64,000 nt of DNA from Tubulanus polymorphus (taxonomy: Eukaryota; Animalia; Nemertea): contig NC_134034.1 of assembly GCF_964204645.1 (NCBI RefSeq), positions 11,296,962-11,360,961 on the forward strand. Reading direction: 5' to 3'. Position 1 is the stretch's first letter. Every line of letters starts with the position of its first letter. The translations under genes were made by a program, and so were the position numbers. The notes under the pieces were generated by a model. The model was not told the DNA's origin. It was given only the letters and a program-made list of their open reading frames with translations, and did not search any database. Below, in pieces: positions 1-12,700 of this stretch.

Positions 1-792
1 TTAAAACAGGGACTCGAGAAATTGTTGTTGTTAGCAAAACATGACTTAAAGAGTCCTCGAACTGTAAACCCGTTCACAATCGTGTTGTGTATCAATGCGC
101 GCGCACGTATCATCGCCGCTAACCAGTAACCGAATAACGCCTGTAATCAACGCGTCTTCCTACGCCGTCGCGTGTAGTTACGCTATCGTCAGCAATAGTC
201 AATCACGGTTCCTGAGTCTCTCGCCAGTTCAAGACGGTGGTACCGCGCGTCGCGTATTCAACAGTGTGGCAGACACGCCGTCGTTACAGGTTCATCTGGA
301 CACGATTAATACTCCTGAGTGGACGTAAATTCAAAAACTTCAAAACGCCTGCGTCGAAAGAAAACTATCACTGGAACGTCGACAACAGCGACAAGCTGGT
401 CAAAACAAGAAATATCGTTGATTGAGAAAACTTTTCTCAAAAACTTCTTTACTTACCGATAAACTGTTCATTTCGCGAGCTATGTTACTGCGTCACTGTG
501 TTTCTTAAACGAACGGCTGAAATTGTGAACGAAATATTCTGAGATAATTGAATTTTCAAACTTTTCCGTTCGATTCTTCAAGTCGGATTTTCTCTCGTTC
601 TGCCGACTGGCGATCACGTGTCTTTCGTCGGTGTTCTCGTGACCGGAAATTAATTCGCAGACTACCGAAATTAATTAGACTCCGGAGATACGATCTACTG
701 AAAATTAAACTCGCTATATTTCTTGCGTATCGCGTCGCAACGAATGGGATAAACTTATTTCGACTTGTCATGAGTTTGACGGTTAACGAGAC

Positions 793-3700
793 ATGGCGAA
801 ATTCGAGGAAGTTTTGAAAGTTTTTCTGGTCCTGTCGACGGGGATTCTAGGCGCGAATTGCGCGGCCTTGAACTCGAATTCATCCGTTAGAATATCCGAG
901 CTAGATCCGGGACTAGGATTGACTCGAGCGGACGGTGTTCCGCCGATAAATCGGCGCGCGCAGCGAGACTCACCCTCGTTATCGTCGTCGTCGTCTGCCA
1001 CGAACGGGAATAATTACGACGACGAGCGACCCCTAGCGGCGGTCGTCGAAAACTCGACCGTCCCGACGCCCGTCGCCGTCGTACGGAAAACGACGACGTC
1101 GTTGAATTGCGACGAGAAAACGCGTCAGATCTCGGAGGAAATACGCCGTAAACTAGGTAAGACATTCCGCCCTCCTCCTACAGAATCTATATACTTACGT
1201 TAGATTAGAGATTGATTGATTGTTTGTAAAAAAAAACACGATTGAATTAATATCGTACTCTTCATCGCTCCCCACATCCTCCCCTTTCTCTCGTTCCCCA
1301 TCACCCTCTCCCTTTCCCTCGCTCGCCATCACCCTTTCCCTTTGTCTCGCTCCCCCACCATGCTCCCCCTCTCCCTTTTCTTACTACCCATGAACATTTC
1401 CCCTTCTCTCGCTCCCCTTTTTTTACAGCCAGCTCTCATCTCTCCCTCTCTCCCTCTCTCCCTCTCTCCCTCTCTCCCTCTCCCCCTCTCCCTCTCTCCC
1501 TCTCTCCCTCTCTCCCTCTCCCCTCTCTCTCTCTCCCTCTCTCCCTCTCTCCCTCTCTCCCTCTCTCCCTCTCTCCCTCTCTCCCTCTCCCCTCTCTCCC
1601 TCTCCCTCTCTCCCTCTCTCCCTCTCTCCCTCTCTCCCTCTCTCCCTCTCCCCTCTCTCCCTCTCCCTCTCTCCCTCTCTCCCTCGCTCCCTCTCTCCCT
1701 CTCCCCTCTCTCCCTCTCTCCCTCTCCCCTCTCTCCCTCTCCCCTCTCTCCCTCTCTCCCTCTTACTGTGTATCCGTTGTAACTGGGGACGTGATGCATT
1801 ACGATACAAACATCCAAACATATCGTGACGTAATGATAGATGGTATTTAGCGAAAAACGAAAATTCGGAACTTTGAATAGATTTCAAATTGAACGGATTG
1901 TCAACGTTTCGATATTTTCAGCGTCGTGATTGTGGGGCGTATTTAACTCCGAGACTTTCATTGCGCGAGATTCCACCTCAATATGTGATTGTATTACGTA
2001 CACATACGTATCATCGTCGCTCTCGAGATGATTAAGCCTCGTATCGTTTTATATATATAAACACCCCACAATATGTCTTTAACGAGGGAAAAAATTGAGC
2101 GTTATATATAAAAACCCCACAAGATGAGGAAACAATCGAGTGAAACATAAATAAACTGCAGATTAATTCTGCCGTTGGTGTCATAAAAACAATCTGACAG
2201 TATTCATTATAGCGCGGCGGCGGTGGCGGCTCGCCTCCACACTAACGAAACCATCGCACATTCAACATGTAATATTACAACAATTCTCAGTGGTTGAGAT
2301 GCGTGTAAACTCATGCATTAGTCAGTGCAGAGTGTTACTGCTATACAACAGTTCGCCACTTAATATGATTTTAATTTCGAGTTTAGAGTCTACATGACGG
2401 CAAAGTGACGAGTATAGGCCTTCATACTGATACTCAGTGATACTCAGTGATACTGGCTGATACTCATTGATACACCGTGAAACTCAGTGATACTGACTGA
2501 TACTCAGTGATACACAGTGAAACTCAGTGATACTGACTGATACTCAGTGATACTGACTGATACTCAGTGATACTGACTGATACTCAGTGATACTGGCTGA
2601 TACTCATTGATACACAGTGAAACTCAGTGATACTGACTGATACTCAGAGATACAGTAAATAAACACTCTCTCTTTGAGACTAAATATACGACATCATGGC
2701 AGGACAGAGTCAAACGCGTTTGTGGGCTCAACGAAAATTGCATATTCATTTCAGATTCAGTCATTCGCCGACGACCAGTTCCTCACTTTCCAGGGTAGAA
2801 GTCGCGCTGCTGAAATCGCAGTTTTCTTTTTTACAAAAAAATGTCGACAAATTCTGCTTAGCACACACACTGTAGCTATTTGTGGCAACATTTCACAATG
2901 CACTTTTCCTTTGCGGCAAAAGTCGGCAAAAATCTGCAAGTCAAACAACGGTTAGTTACTAATGACAGCACTTGACTTCTCCCGGCTTCGTTTGTTAATG
3001 AATGTATCTACTCTCGTGTCGCAGGTCCGGTGAGGGAAAAGAGGGAGCCGGACGTATGTATATAGGGTACAAAAGGAACTTCACTTAAACTTAAGTTGAG
3101 AGTACTTCCCGCGGAAGTACCGCAGTACCGATAACTACAAAATGCCTCTAGAATTTATCGGGTCAAAGCGTCAAATCGTCAATTACCTGATTGCAATTAG
3201 TTGATTACTGACATTTGGAGGATTTTTTAGGATATTAAACTCTTGATTTGTACGGTTTCGTTTACTTTGTGGGAGAAAGGGAAGGTCGGGTTTATTGCTG
3301 TACGTGTGTGGAGAAACTGCGGTTTGATCTGGGCAAAATTGGTCCATTTACGCGTAATTATCGAGTTCTATATCCATCTCTCTCCCCTCTCTCCCACTCC
3401 CCCTCTCTCCCCACTCTCCCTCTCACTGTCAGCCTCTCCCTCTCACTGTCAGCCTCTCCCTCTCACTGTCAGCCTCTCCCTCTCACTGTCAGCCTCTCCC
3501 TCTCACTGTCAGCCTCTCCCTCTCACTGTCAGCCTCTCCCTCTCACTGTCAGCCTCTCCCTCTCACTGTCAGCCTCTCCCGCTCACTGTCAGCCTCTCCC
3601 TCTCACTATCAGCCTCTCCCTCTCACTGTTAGCCTCTCCCTCTCACTGTCAGCCTCTCCCTCTCACTGTCAGCCTCTCCCTCTCACTGTCAGCCTCTCCC

Positions 3701-6700
3701 TCTCACTGTCAGCCTCTCCCTCTCACTGTCAGCCTCTCCCTCTCACTGTCAGCCTCTCCCTCTCCTGCCTCACCAACCTCTTTTCTCGCGTACAACGCTC
3801 AGCCATATAGAATAGATATACACACAATTGGAGAACCGCAAATCATATCAATTCGCATTGAATTACATGTATTTAGCCGCGACTGGCGCTTAGCTTATAG
3901 GATTTACGGTCTCTGGATTATTTACTGGCACCTATATGCCCCTAATCTGCCCCGTTATTGCAGATTAAACTACCTATTTTTTGACGTGCGTGTCCCTAGG
4001 TGAAAATGAATTAGTCGGGTTCACAGTCGGTCTATTGGAAAAAATGGAATATCATAATAAGCGGTGTAGGGTGGCGATAGTGATATCAGACAAAAATGAT
4101 CTGTTTTTGGAATTTTATTTCCGGATTTCTACATTAAATTAAATCCATTATAACTTTGGAACTGGGCTGAGAGACAAATTAGACCTACACAACTGTGGAA
4201 CTGGATCCAGAGACAAATTAAACCCACACAAATGTGGAACTGGGTTCAGAGACAAATTGAACCTACACAACTGTGGAACTGGGTTCGGAGTCAAATTGAA
4301 CCCACAAAACGGTGGACCTGGGCCCAGAGGCAAATCAAACCCGCACAATTATGGAACTGGGTTCAGAGACAAATTAAACCCACACAACAGTGGAACCGGG
4401 TTCTGAGTAAAATAAAACTCGCTTATCGAACCGGGTCCAGAGGACCCTCACAACTGTGGAACTGCATTAAGAAACAAACGAAATGCACACCGCAAATCGT
4501 CCAGAGTTCCACAGTAATGTGGGTTTGATTTGGCCCAGTTCTATACGAACTGTATGTCCAGCTATTTTGTAATGCAATATTCACCAAGCAGAAGCTTTTA
4601 GCGATACCTGATAAATCATCGTATGCGTTCTATAACTAATACGAAACCCCGATAAAAATAGTAATGATAATAATAATGATAGTAATAAAAGAAATATATA
4701 ATCATGATAATTATTATCATAATTATAATGATAATAATCATAGCGCGCGCGCTGCGATGTTTATAGGCGACAAGTCAATCCAAGCCAGTCATCGTTCGGT
4801 ATCTCGTTTTTTTCATTAAGTTCTCCACGCGGCGCAGTTTATGACATTGTCATCTATACGCGCGTTTAATAGTTATCTTATTTATCGCAGCGATAAACTC
4901 GAGGCGCCACCGCCGCCACCGCCGTCTGCCGTATTCAGATAATCATATTCTTAACATCATCGACAACAACACATTATAACGTATTGAGACATTTTTTCTT
5001 CGGGAAAATTTGTATAGAAGTGATAATCGTTGACGAACTCGGAAATCGGGTCTCCCGTATAAAGCTGAATGGAATGCAAGACCACAGCCCTGCCGGCCCT
5101 AGAAGCAGCACAAACCCAGCTCGGTGCCCCTGGAACCCTCAGTCCATCACAAGCAGGACTCGAACGCGGGTCGTTCACATGTTTGTTATGATCTTTCAAC
5201 ATGCCACTGACTCGTAGTGACTGTTTAAGTTTGTTAGTTAGTCAGGTCAGTGTGGTGACCACTTACCGGTCGCTGTGGTGGCGACCAGTCAGATGTGGTG
5301 GCGACCAGTCAGATGTGGTGGCGACCAGTCAGATGTAGTGGCGACCAGTCAGATGTGGTGGCGACCAGTCAGATGTGGTGGCGACCAGTCAGATGTGGTG
5401 GCGACCAGTCAGATGAGGTGGCGACCAGTCAGATGTGGTGGCGACCAGTCAGATGTAGTGGCGACCAGTCAGATGTGGTGGTGACCAGTCAGATGAGGTG
5501 GCGACCAGTCAGATGTAGTGGCGACCAGTCAGATGTGGTGGCGACCAGTCAGATGTGGTGGCGACCAGTCAGATGTGGTGGCGACCAGTCAGATGTGGTG
5601 GCGACCAGTCAGATGTAGTGGCTCGAATCAGTCACCATTCTCTGATTACAAGATTTTCATCGTTGTTGAATTCTAAAAATTCTACCCTAAACTGCAGCTC
5701 TTCCTGCTGTAAAACAAATTACTCCCAAATCTAACCCTAAAGTTGGGCTCGACCCATGCAACCTCCTGGACCCAGTTCCACAGTCGTGAGTTAGAGTTAA
5801 CTCTGAGTTAAAGTTAGTTCATTTTCAATGAGTTAACCCAGAGTCAAATCTTAACTCAGAACTGTGGAACTGGACCCAGCATGCTAGCTGAGCTTGCTAA
5901 CCACTAGACCATAGAACTGTTGTATTTGACAGCGCTTCGAGGTTTGTATGTTGAAGGTGGTGGCCAGTCAGGGCAAACTTCGGTTTTCGTAGCTAGTCGA
6001 CTAGTGGTCGGAACTAATAACCGAACACACTTTAGTTCGGTGTTAACGTATTTCAAAGTGTCGGCCATCTTAAAACCTTGGTACGAACTACAGCGACCGT
6101 GCTCAAAATGCATGGTCGACCATTTCCGGACAATAGTTCCGACTAACAGACATTCGGTTTCATCTAGTTCGACTATAGTCGACTTACTCCGATAACCGAA
6201 GTTCGCCCGGTTGTGGTGGCGACATTAGTTGACTTGTCAGCTATGGTGACTATTCACTAACCGTCAATGCCAGATTGACCTCAATGTTTTCTAGATTTCA
6301 AATTCGGTAAAACATCTTTATTTAAAAGAATACGGGATGCATGTCGGGTTGTAGGCGGTTTGTTCGCGAAGCAATGGACGAATCCCTCGTTAGCCGACAG
6401 ACTGTTTCCGTGTACACACATCTTGCTCTATCTGTCGTGACCGTGTATTTTGATTTTTATACCGCGCCGACAACTTGAAATTCCTCCTTCGCGACGGAAA
6501 GCGTGATCGTTATCGTCTGCGGCTATAGTCGATCGAATTCTCTCGAATTCCCAACAGGTTAACGATCTCTGCAATCAGTGCGAGCGAATTTATATCACCT
6601 CGGAGGGCGCGCTATCCTCGACAACACCGCCAGTAAAACCGGTAAAACCAGTAAATTCTGACGTTTAATTTTCTCCGCCCTCGCGACACATGTGCGCGGT

Positions 6701-9700
6701 ATTACGTGAAATATCTACTCCCGTGCGCCGAACCTCCGCCGTCGCCGTCGTACGGGGACCATAAAACATCCACAGCAGCCACCGACGACACGAGACGAAC
6801 TGACTGTCGTTAAAGTACAGTAATTAATTCCTAACAATCCAGTAAATCTTGGTGAATTCTTCCCGAGAGACGCGAGCCGAGCTTTTAGTTCGGGCGATAG
6901 CAATGATAATATTGTGGATTTGTGTTTAATTCGGAGAATAACAAAGCTGTTCGTTGCGGATCGGAACGGGCCTGCCAACCTGTGAAAAATGTTACCACGA
7001 AAAAGTTGATCTTCATTGAAATATGTGATAAAAAAATGTTCGAATTAATCATTGGAACAGGGAACAGGGCTTGGAACGGTTATCAGGAGCAAGTTGATTT
7101 TCATATTAATATGAAAACAATTTTTCAAATCAATCAGTAATTAACAGTAAGACCCTCAGTAACATCTTTCATATTTCTGTTCAAATTAATCAGTAATCAA
7201 CAGTAAGACCCTCAGTAACATCTTTCATATTTCTGTTCAAATTAATCAGTAATCAACAGTAAGACCCTCTGTAACATCTTTCATATTTCTGTTCAAATTA
7301 ATCAGTAATCAACAGTAAGACCCTCGGTAACATCTTTCATATTTCTGTTCAAATTAATCAGTAATCAACAGTAAGACCCTCAGTAACATCTTTCATATTT
7401 CTGTTCAAATTAATCAGTAATCAACAGTAAGACCCTCAGTAACATGTTTCATATTTATGTTCAAATTAATCAGTAATCAACAGTAAGACCCTCTGTAACA
7501 TCTTTCATATTTCTGTTCAAATTAATCAGTAATCAACAGTAAGACCCTCGGTAACATCTTTCATATTTCTGTTCAAATTAATCGGTAATCAACAGTAAGA
7601 CCCACAGTAACATCTTTCATATTCTACATTTATTTATTTCAATATCTTAAAAGTGAAAAAAAAAATACTAATACTGAAAATACACAGACACAGTTCTTCC
7701 TCTGCGTTTTGGGATTTCGATGTAAAGTCGTTCAAAAATTAGCCCCTGGATCCGAACCTACCACGTGTCAGTATTTCATTTTCAGGGAGATAAAACCGGA
7801 TGTCGGCGAGCCGGAAACGGTAGTCCGTGTCGTCTGCTGCTCTCGTGTGTCACGTGGTTTTTACTAGGCGCTCCCCATTCGATCTTTTGATGTCATCAGT
7901 TCCCGACGACTTCCTATACGCGGATCACGATCGATAAACGGTCGACGTCTTCTTTTTTTAAGAACCGTTCACCTTCAACATTTCAAAATGTTAACCGGGC
8001 TATATACGTTCAATTTGCGATACTTCATAAACCCCTGGGAAGATTTTGAAAGCGCGCCAGTTATTTTTGTCGTCGGTATCAAAGAGACGGATTACGGTTA
8101 AAAAAAACGACGTATCTATCTAAAGATACTTGACGTCGAAATGACGTTAAACGTTGAATATACAGTTTCATATAGAGAACTTATCAGCAGGGGTCTATAG
8201 TCTCTCACGAACCAAATCTAACTAATCAAAATGGTTAAGTTTGAATAGTTGAAGAATCAATATTGCGCCGAGACAATCAATTTGAGTTCTATTGATACCG
8301 CGAACTTAGATCAAAATTCTTGGATCTTCATTGATTTATGTAGTAAATTGCTTGGTATCGAAGCCCATCTCCGTTTTGGGTAGGGCGGTGGATTATGATC
8401 TGTATACAGCTTTCCAGCTTCCTCTCAGCCACAAACGGACATGTTTTCAATCCAGTAGTTCCACGGCAAGTCTACGTGAAAAACGATAAGTTAACGTCAA
8501 AAACGATAAGTCTACGTGAAAAACGATAAGTTAACGTTAAAAACGATAAGTTTACGTTAAAAACAATAAGTTTACGTTAAAAACGATAAGTTTACGTTAA
8601 AAACAATAAGTTAACGTTAAAAACAATAAGTTAACGTTAAAAAAGATGAGTCTACGTCAAAAACGACGAGTTTACGTTGAAAACGATAAGTTTACGGTAC
8701 AAACTATAACTGTACGTTAAAGACGGTAAATTTACGTTAAAAGTACTTTACACGCATGATTTTGCAGTATCAGTGTACGCCTTGCAAAGTACCCGCGGTA
8801 GGTGGGGGGGGGGGTCGAATTGCACCACCTGGGGCGGCCGTAGCGGAACGCTCCGATACCGGGCGCAAACACACGCGGAAGTAGATTAACCGTCAAAATC
8901 TGATAGAAACTTAACCGACCGGTGAAAGATTGCGATAATCCGGATTTAGATGTATGGATTAATCAATGAAGATTAACGCATTAATGATTTGCAGATGTGA
9001 TCAAATAATTAGTATCTAAGTTAGTAGAACTTTCCTCGAGCGTCGACGAGCGCCTGAGACTCGTAAACTGACGCGATGTGGTTCGACGATTCAACGCGAT
9101 TCAACTTAAAATCAAAATCAGCTCCATATATTGAACTCGATAACCCCGTCACCTCCCCCGCAGAGAATCATATTTCTAATTAACAACTGTTTTATGTGAG
9201 TTCACTGCATCGCGAGATAAGGGAGATAAACGACATGATTTACAGCTTAAACAGAGCATGCTGATGGTCGGGGTTAATTTTGTTCGCTGCCTAATTTAAT
9301 ACATCAAGATTTGGAAATAACTATGTTGAATGTTATATTGTGGATTTTTACGCCGTTTTAGTCGTTTTCCGCGATCAAACTTTTCTCGTATAAACCTTCG
9401 GGAGTATGGGCGATGATGTTTTGAGTATGGACGATGATGTTTTGAGTATTCGGGAGTATGGGTGATGATGTTTTGAGTATGGACGATGATGTTTTGAGTA
9501 TTCGGGAGTATGGGTGATGATGTTTTGAGTATGGACGATGATGTTTTGAGTATTCGGGAGTATGGGTGATGATATATAAGTAGTGATCACGGTTATTTTG
9601 TCCCGCGTGTTGTGACCAGATTGAAACGAAGTACATTATTATTTCGAAACGCAAATCATCCTGAACGGATCGCGGAGTTTACAGCAATAGTCGTCTGGTC

Positions 9701-12700
9701 AACGGGCGATATCGTTCTCTCTCTCCTCCTTCTCCTTCTCCTCATCCTTCCCGTTCTCCTTCATCTCCTCATCCTTCTCATTCTCCTTCTCCTTCTCTTC
9801 CTTCTCCTTCTCCTCCTCCTCCTCCTCCTCCTTCTCATTCTCCTCCTTCTCCTTCTCCTTGTCCGTCAGTGGCGCGGATCCGATCTATATCTCTAGCGAT
9901 CATCGTTCTGTTTACTAATACGCGGCGTATATAAAAACCGTTTCGCTTAATTCTCCGATTAGCGAATTATCCCCTCCCCCCCCCCCCGCTCTCGGTTATA
10001 AACCGCCAGAATTAACATCGTATCGTTGACTGTTTTCACGCTCGGTCTCGTCTGTAAACATCCGAGCATCGCTGTCGGATTTTTCCGACTCGTTGAGTTT
10101 TTCCATTTTTTTCCTTTGATTACGGAGAGTGTATGAAACCGGTCTTCTATTACTTTGTGCGCAGTCAATTTATGGTAATAATGATTTTTCGTCGGTTATC
10201 TCGACCGTCGAGGGAGCGCGGATTTTTATGCGCGGTTTTTTCTCTATAGATCGAGCAGTTTTTGCCCGCTGGGTACGGCTTGGCTCAAATACGAAATTCT
10301 CTTCGTTTAGAAGTCAGATCGCTTAACTTTACCGGAGATTATAGGCAATAAGAGGATACGGATCTCTCCGACTGATATGGACTCTTCGGGCTTATAGCGA
10401 TTAGGTGGGTTCTCGGTGAACATCCAACCCTCCCCTCAGAGAGCTGTGGCGGGAGAGTAGAACAGACGCGTGGGTTCTCTGTGAACCCCTCTCACGGCTC
10501 TGTACATTGAAAACAAAGATGAATTTTTCACCCAAAATACGAAATTGTAACATGAAAGTGTTAGCCCAACAACTGCTGTTGAGCTGTTTAGTTTATTCGG
10601 TCAGTATGGTGACCATTTAGCTGCGATGACCAGTCCGGGCGCGATGACCAGTCCGGGCGCGTCGACCAGTCCGGGCGCGATGACCAGTCCGGGCGCGATG
10701 ACCAGTCCGGGCGCGATGAACAGTCCGGGCGCGATGACCAGTCCGGGCGCGATGACCAGTCCGGGCGCGATGACCAGCGAGGGCTGTACGCACCGACCTT
10801 CTCGCCAATCGTCCGCTTCAAGGGTCGTTACAAGCAAAACGACGTAAACATTTGCAAGTTGCGTCGATGAATATTTCTTTTCTCGTATTCAGTGTCCGAA
10901 TGAAAAAATCGCCCGCCGCGACAATAAACTAAACACGAAATAGACAATGTACGCGACAGCCCTAGGGATGCATTAGCGTGTATACGGTTATATACTGCAG
11001 GCTATTACTCCCGGTAAATCCACTTTGCTGCCATCACGAAACGACGCCGACAACAAACGACGCTTTTTTCCCGTTCCGTCAAGCGAGGCGTCGCGTGCAG
11101 GAAATATTGCCAGGATCGAAAATCATTATTCATCTTTCGCTTTGAATAAAAGTTGAAAGTTTGTCGGCGGACGTAAGTCATTTCAGGCAGGATGCGCGTT
11201 CGTGGCGTGTAATAGGCTTCGTTTTTACATATGGCGCGCGCGGCTGAGAGATCGAAGGAGACGAACCAATTTCATATGAAAAAAAAAAACAACGGGTAGA
11301 TCTACTCAAGTTGTTTGCGATGCTTGAGAGTTATAGAAACTGAAAAAAACCTTAGAAACATCAGACGTACGACGAAGACGTCGGTACACGAGAGATCAGA
11401 TATAAGAGATCAGACATTGCCTCGGGTTACTGTCGGTGTCAGTGTGTTCTTATGTTTTGTTAAAGTCTTTGCTCATTTTGGTCCGATGGTGAGGATCGGT
11501 ACTTTTTATACTGCTGGGCAAACTAGGACCCACAAATTATACATTGAATTCATATTCTACTCAGTGATTTGCATAATTTTCATTGATCTAAGAGAAAAAC
11601 TCATTCGATTGTAAGGGAAATTTACAAGAATTTGAACGCCGACTACTAGCGACACCTGGCGGATCCTTGCTTGCCACGAGCGGAATCCTCGATTGCCACA
11701 GAAGCGGCTGCGGTGCCCAGTCGACAAATCAATTTTTTCATCGTTACATTCATAAAACGTTCGTATGAAATATTGATATGATTATTAAGGATAACTTTTT
11801 CGTGTACGGTGATAAACTTCGGCGATGTCCGGAATTACCCGACTAACCGTCCGACCGTCTGCGGTCACATGCCGTAATACAGTGATTGATCGACCGAAGC
11901 GTTGACTTAACGCCGTAACGTCAATACGTCATGGAGCCATAAACGTCAACGTCGACGTCGCCCAAAATGGACGTGACGTCATAAATCATCGCATGAACGA
12001 CGAACTTTCCCGTCTAAATATATACGCGAACGTAAAAACGTCGCGGTAACAACGTTAAACATCCGTCGCAGCGTGTTGCCTAAATAACGGGGTTGATTGT
12101 GAAAGCGTTGCCGGGTTTTGAAGACAGTTAGTGCGGCTAGTACATCAATGTGTTAATAGTTAATCTAATAACAACCGATGACTCGGGTTCCAGTGACGCG
12201 ACTTCCTGCAGTTGTTGTGATACTCGTTAAACTGTGCTCGTCATCATCAGCATCTGCAAAAATAGATAGAACTGGTTTTTGAAATTTTGTTTAAAGAACA
12301 ACGTTCCACAGTTTTGAATTAACGGTCTTTCGTTTGCTTGTTTCGTTGCATCGTTCGCATCTTGTTTTGCCAAGACTAACCATATTGGATTGTTCAGTTA
12401 AACCTCACGACGGGACCGCGAAGTGTTGCCCGTACAATCAGCCAGCAGGACTCGAACCCACTTGTCACTCAGCACTGACCCTGTTTTGCCAAGACTATCC
12501 CTATTGGATTGTTCATTTAAACCTCACGACAGAACCGCGGTCGTTGAAGTGTTGTCCGGACACTGTAAGCAGACAACAGGCCTCGAAGGCCCGCTTGTCA
12601 CTCAGCACTGATCTTGTTTTCCCAACACCTTATTGATTTTTTATCTAACCTCTCGACGGGCCACAGCCTTTGAAGTGTTGCCCACGCACTGTAAGCAGCC

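Noticed and set aside
1329-1887. ORFs of 146-162 aa rich in RE/G or SL/P
   Set aside because: Translations of a CT/GA simple repeat inside GPCR intron 1.
3243-4003. 251-aa ORF, the longest in the track
   Set aside because: Open only because of the stop-free 20-bp minisatellite; no domain or splice support. The same applies to ORFs at 5275, 9358, 9612, 10588-10847, 30393-30895, 31612 and 42519-42903.
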